A stretch of DNA of 64,000 bases, taken from an uncultured bacterium (GTDB lineage Bacteria > Actinomycetota > Acidimicrobiia > Spongiisociales > UBA5794). A model generated the notes under the pieces. It saw nothing but the letters and a program-made list of their open reading frames with translations. It made no database searches and was not told the DNA's origin. The stretch spans positions 192,001 through 256,000 of the forward strand of contig CAWDDT010000006.1 of NCBI GenBank assembly GCA_963801165.1, written 5' to 3'. A program made the translations under genes and the position numbers. The number at the start of each line of letters is the position of its first letter. Position 1 is the stretch's first letter. Positions 46,925-56,216 of the stretch are shown in pieces.

Positions 46925-47374
46925 CTACTCACCGATATCTTCGTTCCACAATGCGGGATGGTCGGTGATGAAGCTCTGCATCATCGTTCGGCATTCCGGA
47001 TCGTCGGCGACCACGACTTCCACCCCGCGGGAACGCAACAGATCCTCTGCCCCCAGGAAGGTGGTGTTCTCGCCGATGACGACCCGGGGGATACCGTACA
47101 GAAGGATCGCCCCTGTACACATGTCGCACGGGGACAGCGTCGTGTACATCGTTGCCCGCCGGTAGACCGACGCCGGCAGCCTTCCCGCGTCCTCTAGCGC
47201 ATCGGTCTCCCCGTGCCGGGTCGGCGAACCAAGCTGTACTCGCCGGTTGTGACCTTTGCCGAGCACTTTGCCGTCGGCCACCAGGACCGCCCCAATGGGG
47301 ATCCCGCCCTCGCCAAGCCCGAGCCTCGCCTGCTCTCTGGCGATGGCGAGGTAGTCGATATCATCAGGTCTCAT
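46925..47374 (-). CDS. Cytosine/nucleoside deaminase (CDA fold)
   Basis: HGE and PCDMC Zn motifs, WNEDIG C-terminus. Confidence 0.9.
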   Translation of the reverse strand: MRPDDIDYLAIAREQARLGLGEGGIPIGAVLVADGKVLGKGHNRRVQLGSPTRHGETDALEDAGRLPASVYRRATMYTTLSPCDMCTGAILLYGIPRVVIGENTTFLGAEDLLRSRGVEVVVADDPECRTMMQSFITDHPALWNEDIGE

Positions 47375-47471
47375 ACTTCTCCGGGTCCGGGCAGCCCACT
47401 TTATCGTGGGTCGACATGAGCCCGGTAGCTACCCGATGGCCACATCGTCATCACCCGTCCCCGGTGAGACG

Positions 47472-49106
47472 TCACTCGATGGTCGAGTTGACCACCTGAA
47501 TCGGTCCGTCGCCCAGATAGAAGATCCCCGGGAATCCGGCCGTCCCAAACCCGTCGCTGGGGTTTCGCCGCAATGTCGAGTCTTCGATGTGCAGATGTCC
47601 CGTCCGGTCGTTGCTGACAAAGAAGATCGCTCCCCCGCCTTCGTTGGCGTGGTTGTCCTCGATCACGGTGTCGATGACGGTCAGCGTGTAGGTGTTGCCG
47701 TCGTTGTAGATCGCTGCCCCGCTGCCGCCGCCGGGCGTGCCGCCCTGGGCCGGGTTCGCTCCGTTGCCGATGGCGTCGTTATGGCTGAATAGGCTGTTGA
47801 TGACGGTGAACGACACCCCGATGCTGCTCAAACCGCCGCCATTGGAGCAGACGTTCCCGTACCCCTCGCCTCCCCCGAACGTAGACTGTACGACATAGAC
47901 CGGCAAGCCCTGGTACTGGCTGAAGACACGCACCGCGGCGCCGCCCACATCGGGACCTACGTCATCACAGACGTTGTTGAAGAACCGCGAGTTCACAATC
48001 TTGAACCGGCCGCCCCGGACCCAGATGGCACCGCCGCCGTCCGGGTCGGCGCCCTTCGAGTTCCCATCGACAAAAGTCAGGTTCTGCACCGTGAGGCGCG
48101 GCGAATCCTGATCCTGGCAATGGGAGGTCGTCCACACCAGGTCCGGGTCGCAAGTGTTCATGTAGAGGATCCGATTCTGGCCGCGGCCGCTCAATGTCAC
48201 GAGGCCGCCGCCGTCGATGACGATGTCGGGGCCGGTGTTGTTGAATACCCGGGCGGGCTCCTCCATCTGGATTGTGACCGCGTCGGGGCCACAATCGAAC
48301 ACGATGACACCGCCCCCGGCGACCGCGTCGACTACCGCCTGAGATGTGCAGCTAGCCGCGGTGCCGTTCCCGATCACCACATCGGGGTGGGTGACGTCCT
48401 CGGCTCGTGCTTCCTCAGGCACCTCGGCGGTGCCATCGGGATTCCCGATCGGCGGCCCGGGGCGCTCTGGCGGGGTCAGGGGCGTGAGCCCGAGACCCCG
48501 CGTCATGAAGGTAGCCATTTGCGCTCTCGTGACAAGATTGTCCGGGCAGTACCGATTGTTCGTGGGCGGGTTACAGCCCTTGGTGATACCGGCGGCGGCG
48601 AGTTGGTTGATCGCATCTGCAAACACTCCGTCGGCATCAACAAACGGCGCCTCCGAAGTTGCCGGCAGATCCAGAGCCCTCGTCAAGAACGCCGCCATCT
48701 GCCCCCTGGTCACCGGATCCTCGGGACAAAACAGATTGTTCGTCGGTGGGTTACAGCCCTTGGTGATACCGGCGGCGGCGAGTTGGTTGATCGCATCTGC
48801 AAACACTCCCTCGGCATCAACAAACGGCGCCTCCGAAGTTGCCGGCAGATCCAGACCCCTCGTCAAGAACGCCGCCATCTGCCCCCTGGTCACCGGATCC
48901 TCGGGACAAAACAGATTGTTCGTCGGTGGGTTACAGCCCTTGGTGATACCGGCGGCGGCGATTGCCTCGATTGCCGACTGGTGCGGGCTGTGGTCGTCGT
49001 CGAGAAACGTCCCGCCCGGCGGAAGCTCCGCCGCGTCGGCCGCGACCAGGGCGGAGGCGATCACCATGGCGGCCACCGCGGCGATGAGCAAGAATCGTCT
49101 GGGCAT
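47472..49106 (-). CDS. Secreted SLH-domain protein with C-terminal beta-helix (GGAI repeat) domain
   Basis: Signal peptide, three GITKGCNPP..CP..VTRxQMA repeats, GGGAIW/GGGAIF repeats; TAGCCT 7 nt before ATG. Confidence 0.88.
   Translation of the reverse strand: MPRRFLLIAAVAAMVIASALVAADAAELPPGGTFLDDDHSPHQSAIEAIAAAGITKGCNPPTNNLFCPEDPVTRGQMAAFLTRGLDLPATSEAPFVDAEGVFADAINQLAAAGITKGCNPPTNNLFCPEDPVTRGQMAAFLTRALDLPATSEAPFVDADGVFADAINQLAAAGITKGCNPPTNNRYCPDNLVTRAQMATFMTRGLGLTPLTPPERPGPPIGNPDGTAEVPEEARAEDVTHPDVVIGNGTAASCTSQAVVDAVAGGGVIVFDCGPDAVTIQMEEPARVFNNTGPDIVIDGGGLVTLSGRGQNRILYMNTCDPDLVWTTSHCQDQDSPRLTVQNLTFVDGNSKGADPDGGGAIWVRGGRFKIVNSRFFNNVCDDVGPDVGGAAVRVFSQYQGLPVYVVQSTFGGGEGYGNVCSNGGGLSSIGVSFTVINSLFSHNDAIGNGANPAQGGTPGGGSGAAIYNDGNTYTLTVIDTVIEDNHANEGGGAIFFVSNDRTGHLHIEDSTLRRNPSDGFGTAGFPGIFYLGDGPIQVVNSTIE
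48568..48960. repeat. 180-bp near-identical intragenic tandem repeat (SLH units)
   Basis: 48568-48780 versus 48748-48960 differ at only two positions that I could see. Confidence 0.9.
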
Positions 49107-49134
49107 GGCCCCGAGGCTAGCTCGCGGCCGGTTG

Positions 49135-50307
49135 CTAACGGGCTCTACCGGCGAGACGCATCTCGAGGGGCGAGCGGAAGCGCGGGGTGACGACGTCACC
49201 CGCCAGCCAGTTCTCGAGACGGCTCACCTCGGTCTCCACCAGCGTCTTCTCGTCGGCCCGGAGCGCTTCGAGTACTTCACATTCGACACCGCCGTCGGGG
49301 TTCTGTGCCCAGCCGCCGATGACCCGCCCGTTGACCCAGATGGTCGGGCCGATGTTCCCGTTGCGGTCGAACAGCTGCTTCTCGTGCTCGCCCAGAAACC
49401 AGCGCCGCACCTTCCACCCCATTGGCGTGGAGTCCAGTGACGGCAGCAACGCCGCCCAGGGCTCGGGCGGATCGGTGGTTCCGGTGTCGCCGGGGGCAAC
49501 GAATCCGGTCGTACCGTCGAGTTCCACCTCCACCGCGCCGGCATCCGCCAGGGCAACTCTCGTATCGCGCACACCTATGCCTGCCCACCATTTCACGTCG
49601 TCGAACGTGCCGGGGCCATAACTCGCCAGCCACCGCCCGATCGCCTTCGCCCTCGCCATGCGCAAATCGAGGTGGCGAGGCTGCTGGTCGAGCCAGGCCT
49701 CGAGTGCCGCCCACCGGTACTGCCCGGAGACCCATGACCCGAGGGGGCGGACGCGGATTATGCGGCCGGCCGCCGCCAGAAAGAAGAGGACCCGCGTCGA
49801 CAGACCGACCTGGCCGCCCCATTTCGTGCCCGCCCCAACGGTCAGCTTGGTGGCCAGCTCCGGTACCTCTCCGGTCAGCTCTCGTGCGCTGGCCTCACCG
49901 AGCTTCTCGAGCGCCGCAAGCGTCCGGGTGACCACATCATCGAGCCAATCGGGTGCGAGATCGTGCTGCTCGGCCAGCCAGCCTTCGAGCCGCCGGCGTT
50001 CGGCCGGCTCGTACCGTTTGGCGAAGCCGGCCCGGAGCAGAACCTCCATCTCCAGCGGCACCACGAACAGGGTGCGCCGCATACCAAGTACGCGGACAAG
50101 CGACCGTTCTTCATAGAGGGCGGCCTCTAGGTCCGCCGGCTCGAAGCTGGTCACCCGCGCCCGGGCGCTGAGGAAGACCGTGCTCGGATCACTCGAGTGG
50201 ATGCCTACCAGGTCGCCCGCCACCGGGACGACGCTCGGAGCGGAACGAGCGAGGTGGTGCCGGACGCCGAGACGGCGGCGTCGTTCCTCCGTGGTGATCG
50301 AAAACAT
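49135..50307 (-). CDS. AlkZ/YcaQ-like (HTH_42) DNA glycosylase family
   Basis: GIHSSDP, MRRTLF, SYGPGTFDDVKWW, LLPSLD, VNGRVIGGW. Confidence 0.88.
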   Translation of the reverse strand: MFSITTEERRRRLGVRHHLARSAPSVVPVAGDLVGIHSSDPSTVFLSARARVTSFEPADLEAALYEERSLVRVLGMRRTLFVVPLEMEVLLRAGFAKRYEPAERRRLEGWLAEQHDLAPDWLDDVVTRTLAALEKLGEASARELTGEVPELATKLTVGAGTKWGGQVGLSTRVLFFLAAAGRIIRVRPLGSWVSGQYRWAALEAWLDQQPRHLDLRMARAKAIGRWLASYGPGTFDDVKWWAGIGVRDTRVALADAGAVEVELDGTTGFVAPGDTGTTDPPEPWAALLPSLDSTPMGWKVRRWFLGEHEKQLFDRNGNIGPTIWVNGRVIGGWAQNPDGGVECEVLEALRADEKTLVETEVSRLENWLAGDVVTPRFRSPLEMRLAGRAR

Positions 50308-50406
50308 GGCTTCCGACCCTAGCGTCGCCCACCGACCGAGCTTGCGGACGGTGGCGGCCGACACGGCGAGAAATAGCCGCCGCAACGGCGGGGTATCCTC
50401 CCGCCC

Positions 50407-51315
50407 ATGGCAATCATCGTTGTTGGAAGCGTTGGTATCGATTTCGTCACGGTCTCCCGGCACCTGCCCCGGGTCGGGGAAACCGTTCTCACCACCCAGC
50501 CACTTCACATCGGACCCGGTGGGAAGGGGTTCAATCAGGCGGCCGGCGTCGCCCGGCTGGGCGGTGACGTGAGCTTTGCCACAAAGACAGGGAGCCGGAA
50601 CCTCGGCGAGCAGGCGCGCTCGTTTCTCGCCGCCGAGGGGTTGCTGGGACCATGGGTGAAGCGGTCTGAAGAGGACAACCAGGTGGCGTTGATCTTCGTC
50701 GACGAAGAAGGTCACAACATGATCTCGGTGGCCCCCGGTGCCTCTGCAGACCTGCACCCGGCCGACGTCGCCGGGCTCGACATTCATGAAGGTGACATCC
50801 TCTTGGCCCAACTCGAGATCCCGGTGCCGACCGTGACCGCCGCGGCGCAGCGCGCCAACGAAGCGGGCGCCACTGTCGTGCTCAACCCCGCACCCGCGGC
50901 GGCTCTCCCCGCCGAATTGTTGCAAGTTGTCGATATCGCCACCCCGAACGAAACCGAGCTGGCGATCCTCACCGGCATGCCGACCGACACCACCAACGAC
51001 GTGGTCACCGCCTGTGAGCGCCTCGTACAAATGGGCGTTGGCGAGGTGATCGCTACTCTCGGTAACAAGGGCTCGATCCACGTAACACGTACGGGCAGCA
51101 CCCGGTACCCGTCGCTGCTCGTCGATGCGGTCGACACCACCGGTGCGGGGGACGCGTTCAATGCGGCCCTGGTCGTGGGGCTGAGCCGGGGTTATCCACT
51201 CGGCCGCGCCATCGAGCTCGGCAACCATGCGGGGGCGTACTGCGTCACGCGACTCGGGGTGCTCGACGGGCTCGCCACCCAGGGGCAACTCGATGCGTTC
51301 GTTGCCGGGGCCTAG
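50407..51315 (+). CDS. rbsK: Ribokinase
   Basis: GGKGFNQA, LNPAP, PNETE, DTTGAGDAF. Confidence 0.9.
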   Translation: MAIIVVGSVGIDFVTVSRHLPRVGETVLTTQPLHIGPGGKGFNQAAGVARLGGDVSFATKTGSRNLGEQARSFLAAEGLLGPWVKRSEEDNQVALIFVDEEGHNMISVAPGASADLHPADVAGLDIHEGDILLAQLEIPVPTVTAAAQRANEAGATVVLNPAPAAALPAELLQVVDIATPNETELAILTGMPTDTTNDVVTACERLVQMGVGEVIATLGNKGSIHVTRTGSTRYPSLLVDAVDTTGAGDAFNAALVVGLSRGYPLGRAIELGNHAGAYCVTRLGVLDGLATQGQLDAFVAGA

Positions 51316-52682
51316 CTGTCCGCTCTGTGTAGAAACGCGGCCATCTCGCCCCGCGTTACCGGATCGTCCGGACAGAAGAGGTCGTTGACCGGCGGGTTGC
51401 ATCCCCTGGTGACACCGGCGGCGGCGATTGCCTCGATCGAGCCCTCGAACACCGACCCGTCATCGTCGCGGAACGAATCTCCTCCCGGAGTCCCGTAGCT
51501 GTAGGCACGGGCTAGGAAAGCCGCCATCTGACCGCGGCTAACCGGGTCGTCAGGGCAGAATTCATCGTTGTCGGGTGGATTGCACCCCCTGGTTATCCCG
51601 GCAGCCGCCAGCGATTCGATGGCGCCCTCGAAGATCGAGCCGTCATCGTCGCGGAACGAATCGGCGCCGCTCGACGGCAGGCTCAGCGCCCTCGTCAGAA
51701 ACGCAGCCATCTGTCCCCGGGTCACCGGGTCCTCAGGGCAGAAGAGGTCGTTGCCCGGTGGGTTGCATCCCTGGGTGATCCCGCTGTCCGCCAGCCAGAC
51801 GATGTCGCTCTCGAAGACGGAGCCATCGTCATCCCGGAACGGTGGAACGAAGTAGCCACCGTCATCGCAACCGATCCGGTCCCAGCCCAGTGCCAGCGAG
51901 TCGAAATCGATCTCGTTGTCGACGGGGGACGCGTCCGCACCGCCGTAATAGACGTCGAACCAGAAGCTCTTGATGTCGATATCGTCCTCACCGCTGCGCC
52001 TGAACGCGATGTCGTCCTTGGCGAAAGCGGCGGAACCGTCCACCCAGCCCTCCAGCACCCCGTCGTGCACCCCGGGCGTGTTCAGCTTGACGTGACCTTC
52101 GACGCAATACCAGGGGCCGTGGTCGAGGGTGGCAACGTCGGGGTCCCATGTCCAGATGTCGCCTCGCGTCGGTGGGCTGTCCAGGTGATAGACGTAGAAG
52201 CCGATGAGCGTCTTGTCGTCCGGGCCGTCGGGATAGCCTGGTTGTCCCGCGCTCGGATAGGTTCGCGAAAAGAGCATGCGTGCCGACCAGCACGGCTCCT
52301 CCGGCGTCGAGGGCCGGCCCCCGAGACAGTTGTAGTTGTAGAGGCCACCGACACCCGGTAGCTTCCCCCGGCTCGGCGACTCGATGTAGAAGCCCTCCGG
52401 GAATCGGACCCAGTAGCGCCACCACAGCTCCTCGGGATCGGCCATCCCGTGATCCGAGAAGTACCAGTGACCGCTGCTTCCCCAATGCTCCCCTGCCGGA
52501 ATGAGCGACTGGAGACCGGCGCCGGCGTGCCCGTTGCTGAGCGATTCCATTCCCCATGCTCCGGAGGAGAACACGTCGGTCCCGGACTCGAACGTCTCGT
52601 CGAGGACCACGCTGCTGGCGGCACTCGCCGCTGTACCCGCGGCCAGAGACAGCACAACCACCAGAATCACCAACCGCCGCAT
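51312..52682 (-). CDS. Secreted PL14-like polysaccharide lyase domain plus three SLH repeats
   Basis: GKLPG, WSARM, YVYH, LNTPG..DG..WVDG, YYGG; C-terminal Cys-containing SLH repeats. Confidence 0.8.
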   Translation of the reverse strand: MRRLVILVVVLSLAAGTAASAASSVVLDETFESGTDVFSSGAWGMESLSNGHAGAGLQSLIPAGEHWGSSGHWYFSDHGMADPEELWWRYWVRFPEGFYIESPSRGKLPGVGGLYNYNCLGGRPSTPEEPCWSARMLFSRTYPSAGQPGYPDGPDDKTLIGFYVYHLDSPPTRGDIWTWDPDVATLDHGPWYCVEGHVKLNTPGVHDGVLEGWVDGSAAFAKDDIAFRRSGEDDIDIKSFWFDVYYGGADASPVDNEIDFDSLALGWDRIGCDDGGYFVPPFRDDDGSVFESDIVWLADSGITQGCNPPGNDLFCPEDPVTRGQMAAFLTRALSLPSSGADSFRDDDGSIFEGAIESLAAAGITRGCNPPDNDEFCPDDPVSRGQMAAFLARAYSYGTPGGDSFRDDDGSVFEGSIEAIAAAGVTRGCNPPVNDLFCPDDPVTRGEMAAFLHRADS

Positions 52683-52838
52683 TGCGCTCCCCCCTCGGGT
52701 CTCGGTGCCTGCAATCGTAGCCCGCAGCGGACGAGCGCCATTTGACCGGCTGTTGCAGCCCACGGACAAACCGGGAGTTACAAACGTGTAATTGATCCGC
52801 CCGGCCCATTCAGGGAGGACGTCGACCTGCCGAAGCTT

Positions 52839-53432
52839 ATGGGTACGCTCTGGAAGGACCATGTGGATCGCTTCGAACGGCTTCTCACCGCCCTCGATCC
52901 CGAGCTCGCCGCACACTGCGGTAGGGCGGGAGCAATAGCTACCGAGGTAGCCTCGTTCATGGGGCTGCCATCCGAGCGTATTGACCTTCTCGATACCGGT
53001 GCTCGTCTCCACGATATCGGGAAGATCTTCATCTCCAGGGCTATCCTCGACAAGCCGGGCCCCCTCGACGACGCCGAGTGGTCGGAATTGCGCAGGCATC
53101 CGCTGATGGGCTACGAACTGGTCCGCGACGAGGTCCAGGATCGGATCGCTGAGATCGTCCTGACCCATCACGAGCGCTTCGACGGCACCGGCTACCCGCG
53201 GGGTCTAGCCGGCCACGCGACCCCGATCGAGGCGCGGATTCTGCAGGCCGCGGACGCCATCGACGCCATCACGACCGAACGCCCCTACCAACCTGCGCTG
53301 CCGCTGCGATATGCGCTCAACGAGCTCATCCGCTGCGCCGGATCGCAGTTCGACCCTGTCGTCGTCGAAGCCGTCGTCGAACTCGACCAACGCGACAACT
53401 GGGAAGCGATCTCCGACCCGATTGCCGTGTAG
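52839..53432 (+). CDS. Stand-alone HD-GYP phosphodiesterase
   Basis: LHDIGK, HHERFDGTGYP, ADAIDA, RPY, QFDP. Confidence 0.92.
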   Translation: MGTLWKDHVDRFERLLTALDPELAAHCGRAGAIATEVASFMGLPSERIDLLDTGARLHDIGKIFISRAILDKPGPLDDAEWSELRRHPLMGYELVRDEVQDRIAEIVLTHHERFDGTGYPRGLAGHATPIEARILQAADAIDAITTERPYQPALPLRYALNELIRCAGSQFDPVVVEAVVELDQRDNWEAISDPIAV

Positions 53433-53506
53433 CGGCTCAGCACACTCCCTTTTCCCTGGGCGCTCCGGCACCCCCAACCCGGGCCGTCCGTCGCATGCCC
53501 CGAGCC

Positions 53507-54649
53507 TCAACGAACCGGAAGACCCAGGCTCCGGCTGATCAGAATGCGCTGCACCTCGGACGTGCCCTCACCGATCTCCAGGACTTTGGCATCGCGATAG
53601 AAACGGGCGACCGGAGAGGTCTCCATGAACCCCGCCCCGCCGTGGATCTGGGTAGCTATACGGGACGCGGCAACTGCGGCTTCGCTCGAGTACAGCTTGG
53701 CCACGGCGGCGGCCTGTCTGATCGGTCTTCCCTCGTCCCGCAACGCGGCCGCCCGGTAGGTGAGAAGCCGTGCCGCCTCCACCATCACTTTGAGATCAGC
53801 GCATTGAAACGCCACCCCCTGGTTCGAGCCGATGGGCAACCCGAAGGTGTGACGTGTCTTGGCGTACTCGACCGACTCCTCGAGACACGCTTGGGCCAAA
53901 CCGACCGCCAGCGCGGAAATGGCGATGCGACCGTCGTCAAGCGTCGCCAGAAACTGCGGGAAGCCCTGCCCCCTGGAACCGAGCAGATTGTCCTCGGGCA
54001 CCCGACAATCGGTGAACACCAAACCACGGGTGTCCGACCCGTGCCACCCCATCTTGCGGTAGGCCGGCTCGACGATGAAGCCATCCGTTCCGGTGGGAAC
54101 GATGAGGGCCGAGATCTCCTCGGAACCGGTTCTGGCCGTGATCGTCACGAGTGATGTGATCGGAGTCCCGGCATTTGTGATGAACGCCTTCGATCCATCG
54201 ATTATCCAGGCACCGTCCTCCAGCCGGGCTCTAGTACGGGTCGCACCGGCGTCCGAACCCGCCTCGGCTTCGGTCAGGCCGAACCCGGCGAGCGATCGCC
54301 CGCTCATCAGATCCGGCAGATACCTCTCTTGTTGCGCCGCAGAGCCAAACCGGAAGATGGGATTGATCCCGAGACCCACGGCCGCCTCGAGAGTGATCCC
54401 CATCGATTGGTCGACCCTCCCGATTTCCTCGATGGCGACACACAACGAGGTGAAGTCTCCTCCCATACCCCCCACTTCCTCAGGAAAGGGAAGCGCAAAG
54501 AGCCCCAGGTCGCCCATCTTGTGCATGAGCTCGACCGGGAACGGTGCGTCGTATTCCCAACCCGCCGCCAGCGGCGCAACCTCCTGCTCGGCGAACTCGC
54601 GGACTACCTTCCGGAACGCCTCATGCTCTTCACTCAGCTCAAACTGCAT
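53507..54649 (-). CDS. Acyl-CoA dehydrogenase
   Basis: FGLTEAEAGSD, KAFITN, HGGAGF, EIGEGTSEVQR. Confidence 0.95.
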   Translation of the reverse strand: MQFELSEEHEAFRKVVREFAEQEVAPLAAGWEYDAPFPVELMHKMGDLGLFALPFPEEVGGMGGDFTSLCVAIEEIGRVDQSMGITLEAAVGLGINPIFRFGSAAQQERYLPDLMSGRSLAGFGLTEAEAGSDAGATRTRARLEDGAWIIDGSKAFITNAGTPITSLVTITARTGSEEISALIVPTGTDGFIVEPAYRKMGWHGSDTRGLVFTDCRVPEDNLLGSRGQGFPQFLATLDDGRIAISALAVGLAQACLEESVEYAKTRHTFGLPIGSNQGVAFQCADLKVMVEAARLLTYRAAALRDEGRPIRQAAAVAKLYSSEAAVAASRIATQIHGGAGFMETSPVARFYRDAKVLEIGEGTSEVQRILISRSLGLPVR

Positions 54650-55265
54650 TCATACCTTCTCCCCCGGCCCGCGCCGGAAAGATCCCGCGCCGCCTCAGCA
54701 GATCCACTACCGGTTCCAGGGGAAGCCCGATGACCGTCGACCGCAGACCGGCGACCCGGGTCACGAAGCCTCTCCCCTTGCCCTGGAGAGCATACGCACC
54801 GGCCTTGTCGAGTGGCTCGCCGGTGGCGGCGTACGATTCAGCCTCGTCCTGCGTGACCGCACGCATCGTTACACGCGAGGCTTCGATCCCGATCTCGGCC
54901 TCGTCGCTGCCGGCGATCGTGAGACAGAACCCGGTGTAGACCGTGTGGGTGCGCCCCGCCAGCGTGAGGAGCATGGCCGCCGCCTCGGCCTCATCGGCGG
55001 GTTTGCCGAGCACCGCTCGGTCGAGAACGACGCTCGTGTCGAAGCCTATGACGCAAGTGCCAAACGGCTGCCCGGCCGCAACCACGGCAGCCTTCTCTCC
55101 GGCCAGCCGCACCACCAGCTCCTCCGGTGGCTCGCCGGGACGCCGCAGCTCGGTGATATCAGGCGCGACTACCTCGAACTCATACCCGGCCATGCTCAGC
55201 AGAAGACGTCTGCGCGGTGAGCCGCTGGCCAGGACCAGCGGCGGAACGTTTCTCTCGATTGCCAT
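54639..55265 (-). CDS. maf: Maf nucleotide pyrophosphatase
   Basis: LASGSPRR, DTSV, LGKP, DKAGAY, GLP. Confidence 0.92.
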   Translation of the reverse strand: MAIERNVPPLVLASGSPRRRLLLSMAGYEFEVVAPDITELRRPGEPPEELVVRLAGEKAAVVAAGQPFGTCVIGFDTSVVLDRAVLGKPADEAEAAAMLLTLAGRTHTVYTGFCLTIAGSDEAEIGIEASRVTMRAVTQDEAESYAATGEPLDKAGAYALQGKGRGFVTRVAGLRSTVIGLPLEPVVDLLRRRGIFPARAGGEGMNAV

Positions 55266-55356
55266 TGGGAGCAACGCTAGCTTCCCGGCGAACATCTACG
55301 ATACGGCGGGAACTCCGGGGCGCCCCGCGTGACGGAGATAGGTCCCGGGAGGAAAG

Positions 55357-56211
55357 ATGCGCTGGCGCAATCTCGAACGCAGCACGAATGTCGAAGACCG
55401 GCGGGGCCGCACCGCCAGGGTGGCGGGTGGGGTCGGTGGTCTCGGGCTCATCGGCGTGGTCCTCGTCCTGCTATTTGGTGGCGGCGGCGGGAACGTCGGA
55501 GACCTGCTCAACCAGCTCAACTCGTCCCACACGACCCCCGGCCAGCAAGACGCCGGCCAGATCCAAGCCGGCGACGACGCCGGTGCGTTCGTCCAAGCCG
55601 TGCTGGGGACCACGGAGACTCTATGGACCGATGTGTTCGCCGCCGCCGGCCAGACGTACCAACCCGCTGAGCTGGTGCTATTCAGCGGAGCCACCGAGTC
55701 CGGTTGCGGTGGTGCCAACTCGGCCACCGGCCCGCACTACTGCCCGATCGACAAGACGGTCTATATCGACCTGGACTTCTTCGACGAGCTGAGACAACGG
55801 TTTGGAGCAACCGGCGGCGATTTTGCCGAGGGGTACGTGATAGCCCACGAGATCGGCCATCACGTCCAGGATGAGCTCGGGGTCATGGACGACGTTCGCT
55901 CGCTGCAGGAATCCCATCCCGAGGACGCCAATGACTACTCGGTGCGCCTCGAGCTCCAGGCAGACTGTCTCGCCGGTGTCTGGGCGAACTCCATCTACCA
56001 GCGGGAGGACGTGCTCGAGCCGGGCGATGTTCAGGAAGCCCTCAACGCCGCCGCCTCCGTCGGGGACGATCGCATCCAGCAAACCACGACCGGGCGGGTC
56101 AACCCGGAGACGTTCACCCACGGCACGTCCGAGCAGCGGGTGCACTGGTTCAACGCCGGCTACGAGTCCGGTGACGCAACCGCCTGCGACACCTTCAACA
56201 CAGATATCTGA
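55357..56211 (+). CDS. YpfJ-like neutral zinc metallopeptidase
   Basis: GPHYCP, AHEIGHHVQ, ELQADC, FTHGTSEQR. Confidence 0.93.
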   Translation: MRWRNLERSTNVEDRRGRTARVAGGVGGLGLIGVVLVLLFGGGGGNVGDLLNQLNSSHTTPGQQDAGQIQAGDDAGAFVQAVLGTTETLWTDVFAAAGQTYQPAELVLFSGATESGCGGANSATGPHYCPIDKTVYIDLDFFDELRQRFGATGGDFAEGYVIAHEIGHHVQDELGVMDDVRSLQESHPEDANDYSVRLELQADCLAGVWANSIYQREDVLEPGDVQEALNAAASVGDDRIQQTTTGRVNPETFTHGTSEQRVHWFNAGYESGDATACDTFNTDI

Positions 56212-56216
56212 GCCCC

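Noticed and set aside
49135-51402. 755-aa ORF as a single protein
   Set aside because: The N-terminal 365 codons are antisense to ribokinase; the AlkZ-like protein starts at 50307 after a -10 element
52683-53171. N-terminal extension of the 619-aa ORF
   Set aside because: Antisense to HD-GYP; signal peptide and RBS place the start at 52682
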